Origin: Myxococcota bacterium
GTDB taxonomy: Bacteria; Myxococcota_A; UBA9160; UBA4427
Length of the DNA stretch: 64,000 nucleotides
NCBI GenBank assembly: GCA_029268645.1
Contig: JAQWNI010000253.1
Location: forward strand, 7,690-71,689
Direction: 5' to 3'
Both the position numbers and the translations under genes were made by a program. The notes beneath the pieces are model-generated. The model ran no database searches. It was not told the DNA's origin and saw only the letters and a program-made list of their open reading frames with translations. This document shows positions 1 through 9,452 of this stretch, piece by piece. The first letter of the stretch is position 1. Every line of letters begins with the position of its first letter.

Positions 1-426
1 GATCCGGGACCCCTCGGAACCCTGGGTGTAGGCGCCCCCTTTGCGTTGGCGGCGCAACACGCTCACCCCGATAAGCGCGTGGTGATCGTCTACGGCGATG
101 GTTCTTTTGGACTTAACGGTTTTGAGTTCGATACGGCGGTTCGTTTCGATCTTCCCATCATCGGCATCGTGGGCAATGACGCCGCTTGGGGACAGATGAT
201 GCGCCCGCAGGGGGCCATGTTGGGCTGGGATCGACTGGACGGAACGCTTCTCCGTCGGACCCGGTACGATAAGGTGGTCGAAGCTCTGGGGGGACACGGT
301 GAATTGGTCGAGCACCCGGACGAACTTCGGCCAGCGCTTGAGCGGGCGGCGGCATCGGGCAAGCCGGCCCTGATCAATGTCATGATCAAGCAAGACCGTG
401 ACTTCAAGGGCGGCATCTACGTCTGA
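1..426 (+). CDS. TPP-dependent enzyme, acetolactate synthase / 2-hydroxyacyl-CoA lyase-like (3' part, truncated by window)
   Basis: Frame is open from base 1 (DPGPLGTLGVGAPF). TPP-binding motif GDGSFG...N(D)AAWG and C-terminal GKPALINV. Confidence 0.85.
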   Translation, partial: DPGPLGTLGVGAPFALAAQHAHPDKRVVIVYGDGSFGLNGFEFDTAVRFDLPIIGIVGNDAAWGQMMRPQGAMLGWDRLDGTLLRRTRYDKVVEALGGHGELVEHPDELRPALERAAASGKPALINVMIKQDRDFKGGIYV

Positions 427-442
427 TCTCAAAGCCGGATCC

Positions 443-3256
443 GTGCTCGGCTCGGGTGTGCTCGGAATTCCGCTGGCGGCTTGTGGTCGAGAGCTGCCGC
501 AGCGGCTCAATGATCTCGTGCCTTTTGTCGAGGCAACGGGACCACTCGCTCTCTGTACGGTCGTGACACAGGGTGCACCCGATTCGAGGACCTCTCAGAT
601 TCTTGAGCTGGCTCTTGTTTTGCTGAATGCCCCAGACGTCTCGAATGCCCGTTGGGTCACTCTGAACTGGGGTTCCAGCGGAGAGCCAGATCTTCAGGTC
701 CTAAAGGCGCTGGCGACCGAGTTGTCCCAGCGTACCTGGGTGGTTCACGACGTGACCGCCGTGCGCCCTTTTTTAAGTCGAAGCGTGTCGCCCGGTTTGG
801 CGAAAGCGCGTGCTCTTGACACACTCGACCTCGTTTCTGTGGCGCATCCCGATGCGGCTTCATTCGGCCTGGAGGCTCTGACGCTCCCTCTCCTCGACCG
901 CCCGCCGGCGACGAGTGCTGAGGGGATGGCGATGGACCTGCTGGAGGTGTTGGTCGCAATTGCTGCAGGACAACTCGCACGTCGCTATGCCGCCGCGGCT
1001 CGCGCTCTGGACCGTTTTGTTTCAACTACTCCCTGGCGTGCCTTGATCCCCGATGGGTTCGACGACTTGGACCAAGAAGCGCCGGGTCAGTTTCTTGAAA
1101 TTGGCGAAACACGAGAAGCTCCCGTGCCTTTCGATGCGGACGCGATCGCTGCGGTGTTGCTCGACGAAGAACGAGGCCGCCGTCATTTCGATCATTATCG
1201 GGCTCGACCCGAGCAGGTCGAGTTGATGCGCGCCTTCGCGCGTAACCTCGGCGAAGGCGGCAGTCTGCTGTTGGAAGGGGGGACCGGGGTGGGCAAATCG
1301 TTGGCCTATCTCGCGGCGGCTATTCCCTTTGCGGTCCAAAGAGCCGAGGCGGGCGAGCGGGATCCTGTCCTTCTTTCTACGCGAACCAAGCTTCTGCAGG
1401 ATCAGCTCCTTGAAAAAGATATTGCGGCGGCCGCCCGTATGCTCGGTTATCCACAGCTTCAGGCGCTTTCGATTAAAGGCCGAGCGAACTACATCTGCGA
1501 AAAGAGACTCCAAGAGGTGCTGACGCGCGGGGCCGACACCGAAATCCTGACCGAGGACCGGATGGCTTTTGCGACTCTGCTCGGCTGTGCGCGTAACCGT
1601 GGGGCGGGCGAGGTGGGCTCGCTGCCCTCATCGCTTCTGGCACGTCATGCGATTCTGCGCGACTTGGTGCACGGCTCTGTGGCGCAGCGGGCGGAACAAT
1701 GTAGTCGGGAGGAATGCGCCCATCAGAAGCGATGCCCCTTTGGCCGGCGCCGGGCGGCCCTTAGTAAGGCTCATTTAATTGTGGCGAACCATGATCTCTT
1801 GCTGCGTTGGCCTCCGGATTACCCCCGCTTCGGTCATGTGATTGCAGACGAGGGGCATGAGCTCTCTGGAGTGGCTGATGACGTTTATGCCGAGACCGTT
1901 CGGCCTGAGGAGTTAATGGAGCGAATCGATGAAGTGTTCGGCACCCCATCGTCGGTCCCGGGCCGTGAGCCGGCTCGAGCTCTCTTGCCGAGAAAGCAGC
2001 GCTTGGAAGCCCAGAAGACGGTCCATCAAACCCGGCGTGCGCTCGCCCTCGATTTTGCAGCGATCGGTCGAACCATTTCGGCCCGGGCTGGAGATTGGGG
2101 TGAGGTGGAACTGCCCGCCGATGCGGAACGCGCCTTTCCTGACGCAGCGCGTTGCGCGGAAGCGGCAGCCGGAAGACTCGAATCGCTTGCGCGGCTCGCC
2201 GAAGAGCTCGATGCCCGAGCTGAGTGGACCTTCGAGGAAACGCCGACGTCACCTGCTGAGGGCCCGACCCCCGTCGAAAAAAACAGCATGGCTCTTCGGG
2301 ATGCCGCCGGCGCTTTGAGAACAGCATTCGGGTCCGACGCTGATGAGGTTGTGGCCGCGTTCGACCGCCTGGCCGTTCCTTATGACCGCTGGGTTCTCGC
2401 CCTCAGGCCGGTTTCTCCAGCGGGTGCGTTTCATCGGGAATTTTTGGAAAGCCGCAAATCGTTTGCGGCAGTCTCGGCGAGTCTCTTCGTCGGTGGCGAT
2501 GCATTCGCGGCGCTTGGCGAATTGGAGCTGGAGGAGCGGGCCGCCTTTGGGGTTGATCGGTTGTCTATTCAGAGTCCTTTCGACTATGAGGGGCAGATGC
2601 GGGTGGCGGCTCTTCCCGATCCAACCGATGCCGACGAACTGGTGGCGCGAACGGCGGAAGCCATCGCTTTGCTGGCCCGCTTATTGGGGGGGCGTACGTT
2701 GGGACTCTTTACCAGCCTTCGTCGGATGCGGGCAGTCGCCGAGCGACTCGAGATGACGCTTGAGGGCGAGGGAATCGAAGTGCTATGGCCCGACCGGACG
2801 GCAAGTGATCCGGCTAGCCTCGTGGGTCGTTTCCGGAACGCCCCAGGCGGCGCCGTTCTTCTGGGAGCTAGGACTTTCTGGCAGGGGGTTGATCTGCCCG
2901 GGGACGCGTTGCAGGCCGTGGTCATTGAAAAACTGCCCTTCGAGGTCCCCACGGAATTACGTCGTCGTCGCGAGGCCCGGATCCGTGATCTTGGGCTGAA
3001 TGCTTTCGATCGTTACCGACTCGGCAAGATGCTGTTGCACTTGAAACAAATGGGTGGGCGCTTGATTCGAGGGGAGGCGGACCGCGGCCTTGTTGTCATC
3101 GTCGAGTCCCGTTCCGATCGCGGGTACTCCAGACGCCTCGTCGAAGCATTCCCCCCCGGGGTGTGCATTCAGCCTGTCTCTTTGACAGAGCTACCCGCAT
3201 TGGCTCGAGAAGTGCAGCTGGGCGTTGCGTTGAACTCTGATGACTCTGAGTCATAA
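443..3256 (+). CDS. dinG: DinG/XPD-family helicase with degenerate N-terminal DnaQ-like exonuclease domain
   Basis: Q motif RPEQ, Walker A GGTGVGKS, KGRANYIC plus CSREEC..CPF Fe-S ligands, DEGH, FWQGVD, KLPF, QMGGRLIR. Start uncertain (398/443/458). Confidence 0.9.
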   Translation: MLGSGVLGIPLAACGRELPQRLNDLVPFVEATGPLALCTVVTQGAPDSRTSQILELALVLLNAPDVSNARWVTLNWGSSGEPDLQVLKALATELSQRTWVVHDVTAVRPFLSRSVSPGLAKARALDTLDLVSVAHPDAASFGLEALTLPLLDRPPATSAEGMAMDLLEVLVAIAAGQLARRYAAAARALDRFVSTTPWRALIPDGFDDLDQEAPGQFLEIGETREAPVPFDADAIAAVLLDEERGRRHFDHYRARPEQVELMRAFARNLGEGGSLLLEGGTGVGKSLAYLAAAIPFAVQRAEAGERDPVLLSTRTKLLQDQLLEKDIAAAARMLGYPQLQALSIKGRANYICEKRLQEVLTRGADTEILTEDRMAFATLLGCARNRGAGEVGSLPSSLLARHAILRDLVHGSVAQRAEQCSREECAHQKRCPFGRRRAALSKAHLIVANHDLLLRWPPDYPRFGHVIADEGHELSGVADDVYAETVRPEELMERIDEVFGTPSSVPGREPARALLPRKQRLEAQKTVHQTRRALALDFAAIGRTISARAGDWGEVELPADAERAFPDAARCAEAAAGRLESLARLAEELDARAEWTFEETPTSPAEGPTPVEKNSMALRDAAGALRTAFGSDADEVVAAFDRLAVPYDRWVLALRPVSPAGAFHREFLESRKSFAAVSASLFVGGDAFAALGELELEERAAFGVDRLSIQSPFDYEGQMRVAALPDPTDADELVARTAEAIALLARLLGGRTLGLFTSLRRMRAVAERLEMTLEGEGIEVLWPDRTASDPASLVGRFRNAPGGAVLLGARTFWQGVDLPGDALQAVVIEKLPFEVPTELRRRREARIRDLGLNAFDRYRLGKMLLHLKQMGGRLIRGEADRGLVVIVESRSDRGYSRRLVEAFPPGVCIQPVSLTELPALAREVQLGVALNSDDSES

Positions 3257-3561
3257 TGGGCCAGGCAGACAAAAGCGATCCGAAAACCCAGTTTTTGCAA
3301 GACATTTGCGTTCGGTGATCCTGCAAATGCGTTTGCCGGGGCTACCGTCCCCCGGGAGCGGTATTTGGCCCTAATCGAGAGAAGAAAAAGAGGGCCTTCG
3401 CGCGCCGCGTCGCCCCGCTGAAAGTCAGGCCCGGAATGCGAGGGAGATCGTAACGATCCCTGGCGAGCGGGCTCGGGTTGAGAAGATCGGGATCCACGAA
3501 TGAGCCAAACCATCGATAGGCAGCTTTTACCGGGCGGCCACACCGCCAGAGGGGTGCGTGG

Positions 3562-4554
3562 ATGAACCTTCTTGGCTTCGGGCACTTTCATCCCGAAAAC
3601 GAAATCACCAATAGCTTTCTTGAGTCCCTCGACATCGGCACGTCCGAGCAGTGGATTATGGAGCGGGTCGGAATTCGCTCCCGGCGAACCGTCTTGCCTC
3701 TCGACTATCTCCGAGAGACTCGGAATTCCGAAACTCGAGCATCGCTGGAGGCGGCCCAGTACAGCAACGCGGAGTTGGGCGCTCGGGCGGCTCGATTGGC
3801 CTTAGAGCGGGCGGGTATCACGGCAGCGGACGTTGGTCTCGTCGTGGGGGGAAGCTGTGCACCGGACACGGTTTCCCCGGCCGAGGCTTGCAATTTATCA
3901 CGCCTGCTCGAAATCGAAGCGCCGTCTCTCGACGTGAACTCCGCCTGCACGAGTTTTCTCGCAGGAATGCGGGTGCTCGACATGATGAAACCCGAGTCTC
4001 TTCCCGACTACATTCTCTTGGTCGCCATGGAATCCATGACGCGGACGGTGGATTACTCCGACCGTTCTGCGGCGGTTCTATGGGGCGATGCGGGGCTTGC
4101 CGCGGTTTTGTCGCCGCGACACAAGGGGCGCGCCCGTGTGGTTCAAAGCCGACTCGAATCGAATCCCTCGGGCAATGACAAAGTCTTAATTCCCCGAGAG
4201 GGATATTTTGCCCAGGAAGGCCGGACAGTTCAAATGTTCGCGATCAAAAAAACTGCGCGTCTCTACCGAGCGATCAAGGAAGAGCAGTGCGATAGTGATC
4301 GTCCTCTTCACTTTATCGGCCATCAGGCCAACCTCCGAATGCTGGAAGCCGTTTGCAAGCGGTGTGATATTCCTTCCGAGCTTCATCACAGCAACGCCGA
4401 GTTCTACGGTAACACCGGTGCGGCCAGCTCCGGTTCGGTGATCTCCCAAGAGTGGGACAAATGGGAAGACCAGGATGATCTGGCCGTGGTGGGGGTGGGA
4501 TCCGGTTTAACTTGGTCCTCCTATTTACTTCGTTTCGGACCGGGCGATTCTTGA
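3562..4554 (+). CDS. fabH: 3-oxoacyl-ACP synthase III (FabH-like)
   Basis: Cys-His-Asn triad (NSACTSF, GHQAN, GNTGAA); WIMERVGIRSRR; WGDAG. Confidence 0.88.
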   Translation: MNLLGFGHFHPENEITNSFLESLDIGTSEQWIMERVGIRSRRTVLPLDYLRETRNSETRASLEAAQYSNAELGARAARLALERAGITAADVGLVVGGSCAPDTVSPAEACNLSRLLEIEAPSLDVNSACTSFLAGMRVLDMMKPESLPDYILLVAMESMTRTVDYSDRSAAVLWGDAGLAAVLSPRHKGRARVVQSRLESNPSGNDKVLIPREGYFAQEGRTVQMFAIKKTARLYRAIKEEQCDSDRPLHFIGHQANLRMLEAVCKRCDIPSELHHSNAEFYGNTGAASSGSVISQEWDKWEDQDDLAVVGVGSGLTWSSYLLRFGPGDS

Positions 4555-4556
4555 AA

Positions 4557-5147
4557 ATGAAATACGACGAATTCAAATCACGAGATCAGTTCGACCAATC
4601 CGAACTCCTAGCCTTTGCCTACGGACGACTGGTCGAAGATGCCCCTTCGGGTCTCAAGGCGAGGCTTCCGACTCCGCCGATGTTGATGGTGGACCGAGTG
4701 CTCGAAATTTCGGCCCGGGGTGCACGGGGAAAAATCGTGGCCGAGCGGGATGTGAATCTGGACGATTGGTTCTTCCAATGCCATTTCCAGGGAGACCCCG
4801 TGCAGCCGGGCTGCCTTGGCCTAGACGGCGTGTGGCAACTGCTGGGCTTTTACTGCAATTGGCGCGGTGGACTGGGGAGTGGCCGTGCGCTGGGCTGTGG
4901 TGAGGTTGAATTCTTTGGTCAAATTCGTCCCCACGACGCAGTCATTCGCTACGAAATCCAGGTCAAGCGCTACACGGAACTCCAGAACGCCGGAGCCTCG
5001 ATGGTCATCGGCGACGCGCGGCTTCTGGTCGACGATGACGAGATTTACACGATTCAAGGCGCAAGAGTAGGCCTCTTCCGGGACATCGATTATCCCGATT
5101 ACCCGCTTCCCTCGGCAAACTCCCGCGGTGGGAGGATGGAGCGATGA
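4557..5147 (+). CDS. fabA: 3-hydroxydecanoyl-ACP dehydratase/isomerase FabA
   Basis: LPTPPMLMVDR and WFFQCHFQGDPVQPGCLGLDG with the FabA-type Asp; GRALG. ATG 2 nt after the fabH stop. Confidence 0.9.
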   Translation: MKYDEFKSRDQFDQSELLAFAYGRLVEDAPSGLKARLPTPPMLMVDRVLEISARGARGKIVAERDVNLDDWFFQCHFQGDPVQPGCLGLDGVWQLLGFYCNWRGGLGSGRALGCGEVEFFGQIRPHDAVIRYEIQVKRYTELQNAGASMVIGDARLLVDDDEIYTIQGARVGLFRDIDYPDYPLPSANSRGGRMER

Positions 5148-5872
5148 ATGAGGCGGGTGTTGCTCTGGTGACAGGCGGAGCAACGGGAATCGGCGCAGCC
5201 TGCGCGCGCCAATTGTCTGCGGACGGTTATCGAATCGGATTGCACTATCGATCCAGCGAAGAAAAGGCCCAGAAACTCCTCGCCGAGTTGCCCGGAGCTT
5301 TCTCGGTCCGGGCCGATTTGGCGGTTGAGGAAGAGGTTGATGCCGCGATCAAGGTCATCAAGGCGGAGGCGGGTGGTGTCGATGTCCTCGTCAACAACGC
5401 CGGCTATAACGTCAATGCGCCGATGTTGACCATGAACTTGGAGCAATATGACGCGGTGACCCAACTGGCCCGCGGCACTTGGTATCTGACGAAGATGGTT
5501 TTGCGACGCTTCATGTTTCGCAAATCGTCGGGTCGGATCATCAATATTTCAAGCGTGGTGGGCCATACGGGTAACGCCGGCCAAATTCCGTACACGATGG
5601 CGAAGGCGGGACTCGACGCCTTTACTAAATCCCTCAGCCAGGAACTCGCCGGTCGCGATATTCTGGTCAATTCTGTCGCGCCGGGCTTCATCGAAACGGA
5701 GATGACCGAAGAATTGCCTGATGAGGTGAAAGCCGCGATTCTCGGCCGTATCCCGCAGGGGCGAATGGGGACTGCGGAGGAAGTCGCCGACGTGGTTTCA
5801 TTCTTGGCGAACCGGGCCGCCTATGTGAATGGAAGTGTGATCCATGTCAACGGGGGCATGTACGGTGGGTAG
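5144..5872 (+). CDS. fabG: 3-oxoacyl-ACP reductase
   Basis: TGGATGIG, NNAG, ISSVVG..GNAGQ, YTMAK, PGFIETEMT, NGGM; ATGA overlap with fabA. Confidence 0.9.
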   Translation: MNEAGVALVTGGATGIGAACARQLSADGYRIGLHYRSSEEKAQKLLAELPGAFSVRADLAVEEEVDAAIKVIKAEAGGVDVLVNNAGYNVNAPMLTMNLEQYDAVTQLARGTWYLTKMVLRRFMFRKSSGRIINISSVVGHTGNAGQIPYTMAKAGLDAFTKSLSQELAGRDILVNSVAPGFIETEMTEELPDEVKAAILGRIPQGRMGTAEEVADVVSFLANRAAYVNGSVIHVNGGMYGG

Positions 5873-6323
5873 CGAGTTGAGCAAAGAGGAAGTGCTAGCA
5901 CGGGTCCCCCAGCAGGAGCCTTTTCGTTTCATCGAGACCATTCACGAGCTCGATCGAGAACACATCGTGGCCGGCTACCGGTTTCCAGAAGACGCAGATT
6001 TTTACCGTGGCCATTTTCCGGGGAACCCGATCACTCCGGGCGTCATCTTGGTTGAGACGATGGCCCAAGCGGGCGTGGTGGCTCAGGGGCTTTATCTGTA
6101 CGCCCTCGAAGCTTCCGAGGAAGAGCTTGAAAAAGTTGTCACGGTCTTCACGGATTGTTCGGTCGATTTCTCTGGGCAAGTCCTGCCGGGAGACCGGGTG
6201 ACGACAACTGGAAAGGTCAAGTTTTTCCGTCGGATGAAGCTTCGAGCTGAGGTTGAAATGAAATTGGAGGATGGCACCGTGGTGTGTTCAGGTGAACTGT
6301 CCGGCATGGGGGTTCGGAAATGA
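5865..6323 (+). CDS. fabZ: 3-hydroxyacyl-ACP dehydratase FabZ family
   Basis: PQQEPFRFI, GHFPGNPITPGVILVETMAQ (His/Glu), VLPGD. GTG start inferred. Confidence 0.88.
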   Translation: MGSELSKEEVLARVPQQEPFRFIETIHELDREHIVAGYRFPEDADFYRGHFPGNPITPGVILVETMAQAGVVAQGLYLYALEASEEELEKVVTVFTDCSVDFSGQVLPGDRVTTTGKVKFFRRMKLRAEVEMKLEDGTVVCSGELSGMGVRK

Positions 6324-7597
6324 CGCGCCGCGTGGTCGTGACCGGTATGGGGGTGGTGGCCCCCAATGGAGTCGGTCTCGCCGAGTACGAAGATGCACTG
6401 CGCAAGGGACAATCTGGAATTCGCCACGTTGACCAAATGGCGGAGAGTAAATTCGGTTGTACGGTGGCCGGGGTTCCGCAGGGTGTCGAGGAGCGGGTGA
6501 GCGAGGCCTTCGCAGAAGACGAGCTACTGGCCATGAACATGAGCCATCGGTACGCGAGCCTGGCGAGCCTTGAAGCATGGCTCGATGCGGGCCTCGAGCG
6601 CCCGGCCCCAGACGGCGATGTGGTCGACTGGGACACCGGGGCCATCCTCGGAACGGGCATAGGGGGAATGGACACGATTGGAACTAAGGTCGTCCCCCTG
6701 ACCGATTCCGGGAAAGCGAGACGCCTCGGATCGACGGCCGTCGAGCAAGTCATGGCCAGCGGGATTTCGGCTCGGATTTCAGGTCAGTTTGCCCTCGGGA
6801 ACCAAGTCACCACGAATTCCAGTGCCTGCAGCACGGGCACTGAGGCAATCGCGATGGGGCTTGAGCGGATTCGCATGGGTCGGGCAGAGCGAATGCTTTG
6901 CGGCGGGGCTGAAGCGGCGAGCCATTACATTTGGGCCGGATTCGACGCCATGCGAGTTCTGAATCGGGCCTCCAATGATGCGCCGGAAAAGGCTTCTCGC
7001 CCGATGAGCGCCTCGGCGGGCGGCTTCATCCCGGGCTCTGGGGCCGGGGTCTTGATGCTGGAGAGCGAGGATTCGGCACGGCGTCGAGGCGCGCGAATTT
7101 ATGCCGAAGTGGGTGGCCAGGCGATCAATTGTGGCGGCCATCGCATGGGGGGAAGTATGACGGCCCCCAACCCCGAGAGTGTCCGCCGCTGTATTCAAGT
7201 GGCCCTAGACGATGCGGCTGTCTCTCCGGACGACGTGGATGCGATCAACGGTCATCTGACGGCGACGGGAGCCGACCCCAAGGAGGTGGGCTCCTGGGCC
7301 GCCGCGCTGGGCCGGGGTCCGGGTGAGTTGCCTCCGATTACGTCCACGAAATCCATGATCGGGCATTCACTTGGCGCCGCCGGGGCTGTCGAATCCGTCG
7401 CCTCGATTTTGATGATCCGGGGGGGGTTTGTTCACCCTTCGATCAACTGCGAAGATGTTCATCCAGAAATTGAGGCCCATTCGTCCTCGATTCCCCATAC
7501 TCTGCGAGAAGTCTCGGATCTCGAGGTGCTCGTCAAGGCCGGGTTCGGGTTTGGAGACGTCAACGCTTGCCTCGTATTCAAACGGTGGCACGATTGA
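6320..7597 (+). CDS. fabF: Beta-ketoacyl-ACP synthase (KAS I/II family)
   Basis: RRVVVTGMG, SSACSTG, INGHLTAT, KSMIGHSLGAAG, GFGFG; Cys-His-His triad. FabB versus FabF not resolvable. Confidence 0.8.
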   Translation: MTRRVVVTGMGVVAPNGVGLAEYEDALRKGQSGIRHVDQMAESKFGCTVAGVPQGVEERVSEAFAEDELLAMNMSHRYASLASLEAWLDAGLERPAPDGDVVDWDTGAILGTGIGGMDTIGTKVVPLTDSGKARRLGSTAVEQVMASGISARISGQFALGNQVTTNSSACSTGTEAIAMGLERIRMGRAERMLCGGAEAASHYIWAGFDAMRVLNRASNDAPEKASRPMSASAGGFIPGSGAGVLMLESEDSARRRGARIYAEVGGQAINCGGHRMGGSMTAPNPESVRRCIQVALDDAAVSPDDVDAINGHLTATGADPKEVGSWAAALGRGPGELPPITSTKSMIGHSLGAAGAVESVASILMIRGGFVHPSINCEDVHPEIEAHSSSIPHTLREVSDLEVLVKAGFGFGDVNACLVFKRWHD

Positions 7598-7658
7598 ACG
7601 GCCGCGCACTCGGCCGACTTTGAGAGCGTCCTGACAGGACTGAAACGGAGGATGAGAA

Positions 7659-7907
7659 ATGGACCAAGCCCAGATTCAAGAGAGTGTCGTAAAGATCCTC
7701 ACCCCCTGGGTCAAGAACGAGGAGGCTCTGCAAGCCGTCTCGTCGGAAACGAACATCCTGGATGACCTAAAGGTCAATTCGGCCCGCTTAGTGGATGTCG
7801 TCATTGCCTTCGAGGATGAATTTGACATCGAGATCGAGGACGAAGATGTCGATTCGGTCAACACCGTCGGCGATGCGGTCTCCTTGATTTCATCCAAGCT
7901 CGGTTGA
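7659..7907 (+). CDS. acpP: Acyl carrier protein
   Basis: 82 aa, acidic; DDLKVNSARLVDVVIAFEDEFDIEI, TVGD; RBS GGAGGA. Confidence 0.9.
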   Translation: MDQAQIQESVVKILTPWVKNEEALQAVSSETNILDDLKVNSARLVDVVIAFEDEFDIEIEDEDVDSVNTVGDAVSLISSKLG

Positions 7908-8794
7908 ACGGCGGATGTGCCCTCGGCAATGAAACTCTTGCCCGGGGCGCAGCGGCCTCACCTCAAAACGGCGTGTCCAAATCGGATTCCAGCTCCGGCG
8001 CGCGTGTCGTGGAGGCGCGTATTCGGCGTCAGCATGCGTGGCAGCGTGCTGTCGGATGGTTGGTTGCGCCGATTTGGGTTCCGGCGGCGGCATGGGTTTT
8101 GCGTTTTGGTTTTGGATACCGGATTGACGATGTCGTGGAGGCGCGTCGCACGTTTGCTCGCCTTCGATCCGACTCCAGCGGACCTTTGCTCATTTGCGCC
8201 AATCATCTCACGCTGATTGATTCTTTTCTGATCGCGTGGGCCCTCGCCCCGACGTGGCGATACGTGGTTCATTACGATTCTTTACCTTGGAACACGCCGG
8301 AAGAGACCAACTTTGCTCGCACACACCTTGCCCGACTTCTGGTCTTTCTTGCCAAATGCATTCCAATTCGTCGAGGCGGCAGTCGGCAGGATGTGGCCGA
8401 GGTTCTCGATCGGGTCGGTTACCTGCTGAGTCGAGGTGAGACGGCGCTGCTCTTTCCGGAAGGAGGTCGAAGCCGAACGGGAAGAATCTGTGATGAGAAG
8501 GCGGCGTGGGGCGTTGGACGGATCGTTGGTGCGATCGAAGGCTGCCAAGTGATGTGCGTCTATTTGAGAGGGGAGCACCAATCGACCTGGAGTCGCTACC
8601 CAGCCCGCGGCGACACGCTTAGGGTTTCCCTATCCCTTATCGAACCTAAGTCGGATGCGCGGGGTGTCCGCCGATCCCGTGACCTCACGCGACAAATTTT
8701 GAGCCAATTGGAACGGATGGAGGAATCGCATTTCGCGAAAGGGGGGGGCAAGCCGGCCCCAGGCCCCGTGGAGTTGCGCAATGGTGGGAAATGA
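7904..8794 (+). CDS. Lysophospholipid acyltransferase (PlsC family)
   Basis: NHLTLID (HX4D), IPIRR, FPEGGRS. Start may be further downstream. Confidence 0.85.
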   Translation: MNGGCALGNETLARGAAASPQNGVSKSDSSSGARVVEARIRRQHAWQRAVGWLVAPIWVPAAAWVLRFGFGYRIDDVVEARRTFARLRSDSSGPLLICANHLTLIDSFLIAWALAPTWRYVVHYDSLPWNTPEETNFARTHLARLLVFLAKCIPIRRGGSRQDVAEVLDRVGYLLSRGETALLFPEGGRSRTGRICDEKAAWGVGRIVGAIEGCQVMCVYLRGEHQSTWSRYPARGDTLRVSLSLIEPKSDARGVRRSRDLTRQILSQLERMEESHFAKGGGKPAPGPVELRNGGK

Positions 8795-9452
8795 TATCGT
8801 CGACGTGATCGACCTTGAAGCCGAGGTCGAAGAGACCCGGGTTCGTTTCGATGCTCGGATTTGTCGAGCGGACGAACGTGAGGCAATCGCTCGATCCTCG
8901 AGTCCGTCTCGTGAGCGGTGGTGCCATTGGGCCGCTAAGGAAGCTGCTTACAAACTTTTCAAGAAGCAGCTGCCCGCGACGATCTTCTCGCCGATCCGCT
9001 TTGAAGTCGATCTTGAACCGGAACCGAAGAGTTGGAAATCAGGGCTGAATCGCCCGGAAGTTCGTCGCGGTGTCGTGTGCCACGGCGCTTCCCGACGGGC
9101 CCTGGCGATCGAATGGGTGGAGGGGAGCGCGGTGCACGCCCGGGTGACTCCGATCCAAGAGAGCGAGGAAAACCTTGTTGTGGGTCATGATTGGCTTCAA
9201 GTCAGTTCGGGCGAACCGTTGACCCCCGAGCGTCTCAGCCATGCCGTGCGGGCGTTGGCGTGTAATCGGATCGCGAAGCGACTGGGTACGGATCCCTCGA
9301 AGCTTTCGATTACCCAGCGTGAGAGAATCCCTGAACTTCGCAAACGAGGCGTTCTTTTCGGAGCAGATTTATCGTTGTCTCATCATGGCCGCGTCGTCGC
9401 CTTCGCTTGCCGACTTCCCTCGTCCTTACTCATTGAGAGGCTTGCATCTTGA
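8781..9452 (+). CDS. 4'-phosphopantetheinyl transferase
   Basis: VGNDIVD, WAAKEAAYK, LSLSHHG. Confidence 0.88.
   Translation: MVGNDIVDVIDLEAEVEETRVRFDARICRADEREAIARSSSPSRERWCHWAAKEAAYKLFKKQLPATIFSPIRFEVDLEPEPKSWKSGLNRPEVRRGVVCHGASRRALAIEWVEGSAVHARVTPIQESEENLVVGHDWLQVSSGEPLTPERLSHAVRALACNRIAKRLGTDPSKLSITQRERIPELRKRGVLFGADLSLSHHGRVVAFACRLPSSLLIERLAS

Noticed and set aside
1447..1455. Perfect DnaA box TTATCCACA
   Set aside because: Single copy inside the dinG coding sequence, 19 kb from the dnaA-like gene; compatible with chance.
3562..9452. Aryl polyene, ladderane or PUFA synthase cluster
   Set aside because: No chain-length-factor partner, adenylation enzyme, tailoring methyltransferase or radical SAM gene in the cluster, and no multidomain Pfa proteins.
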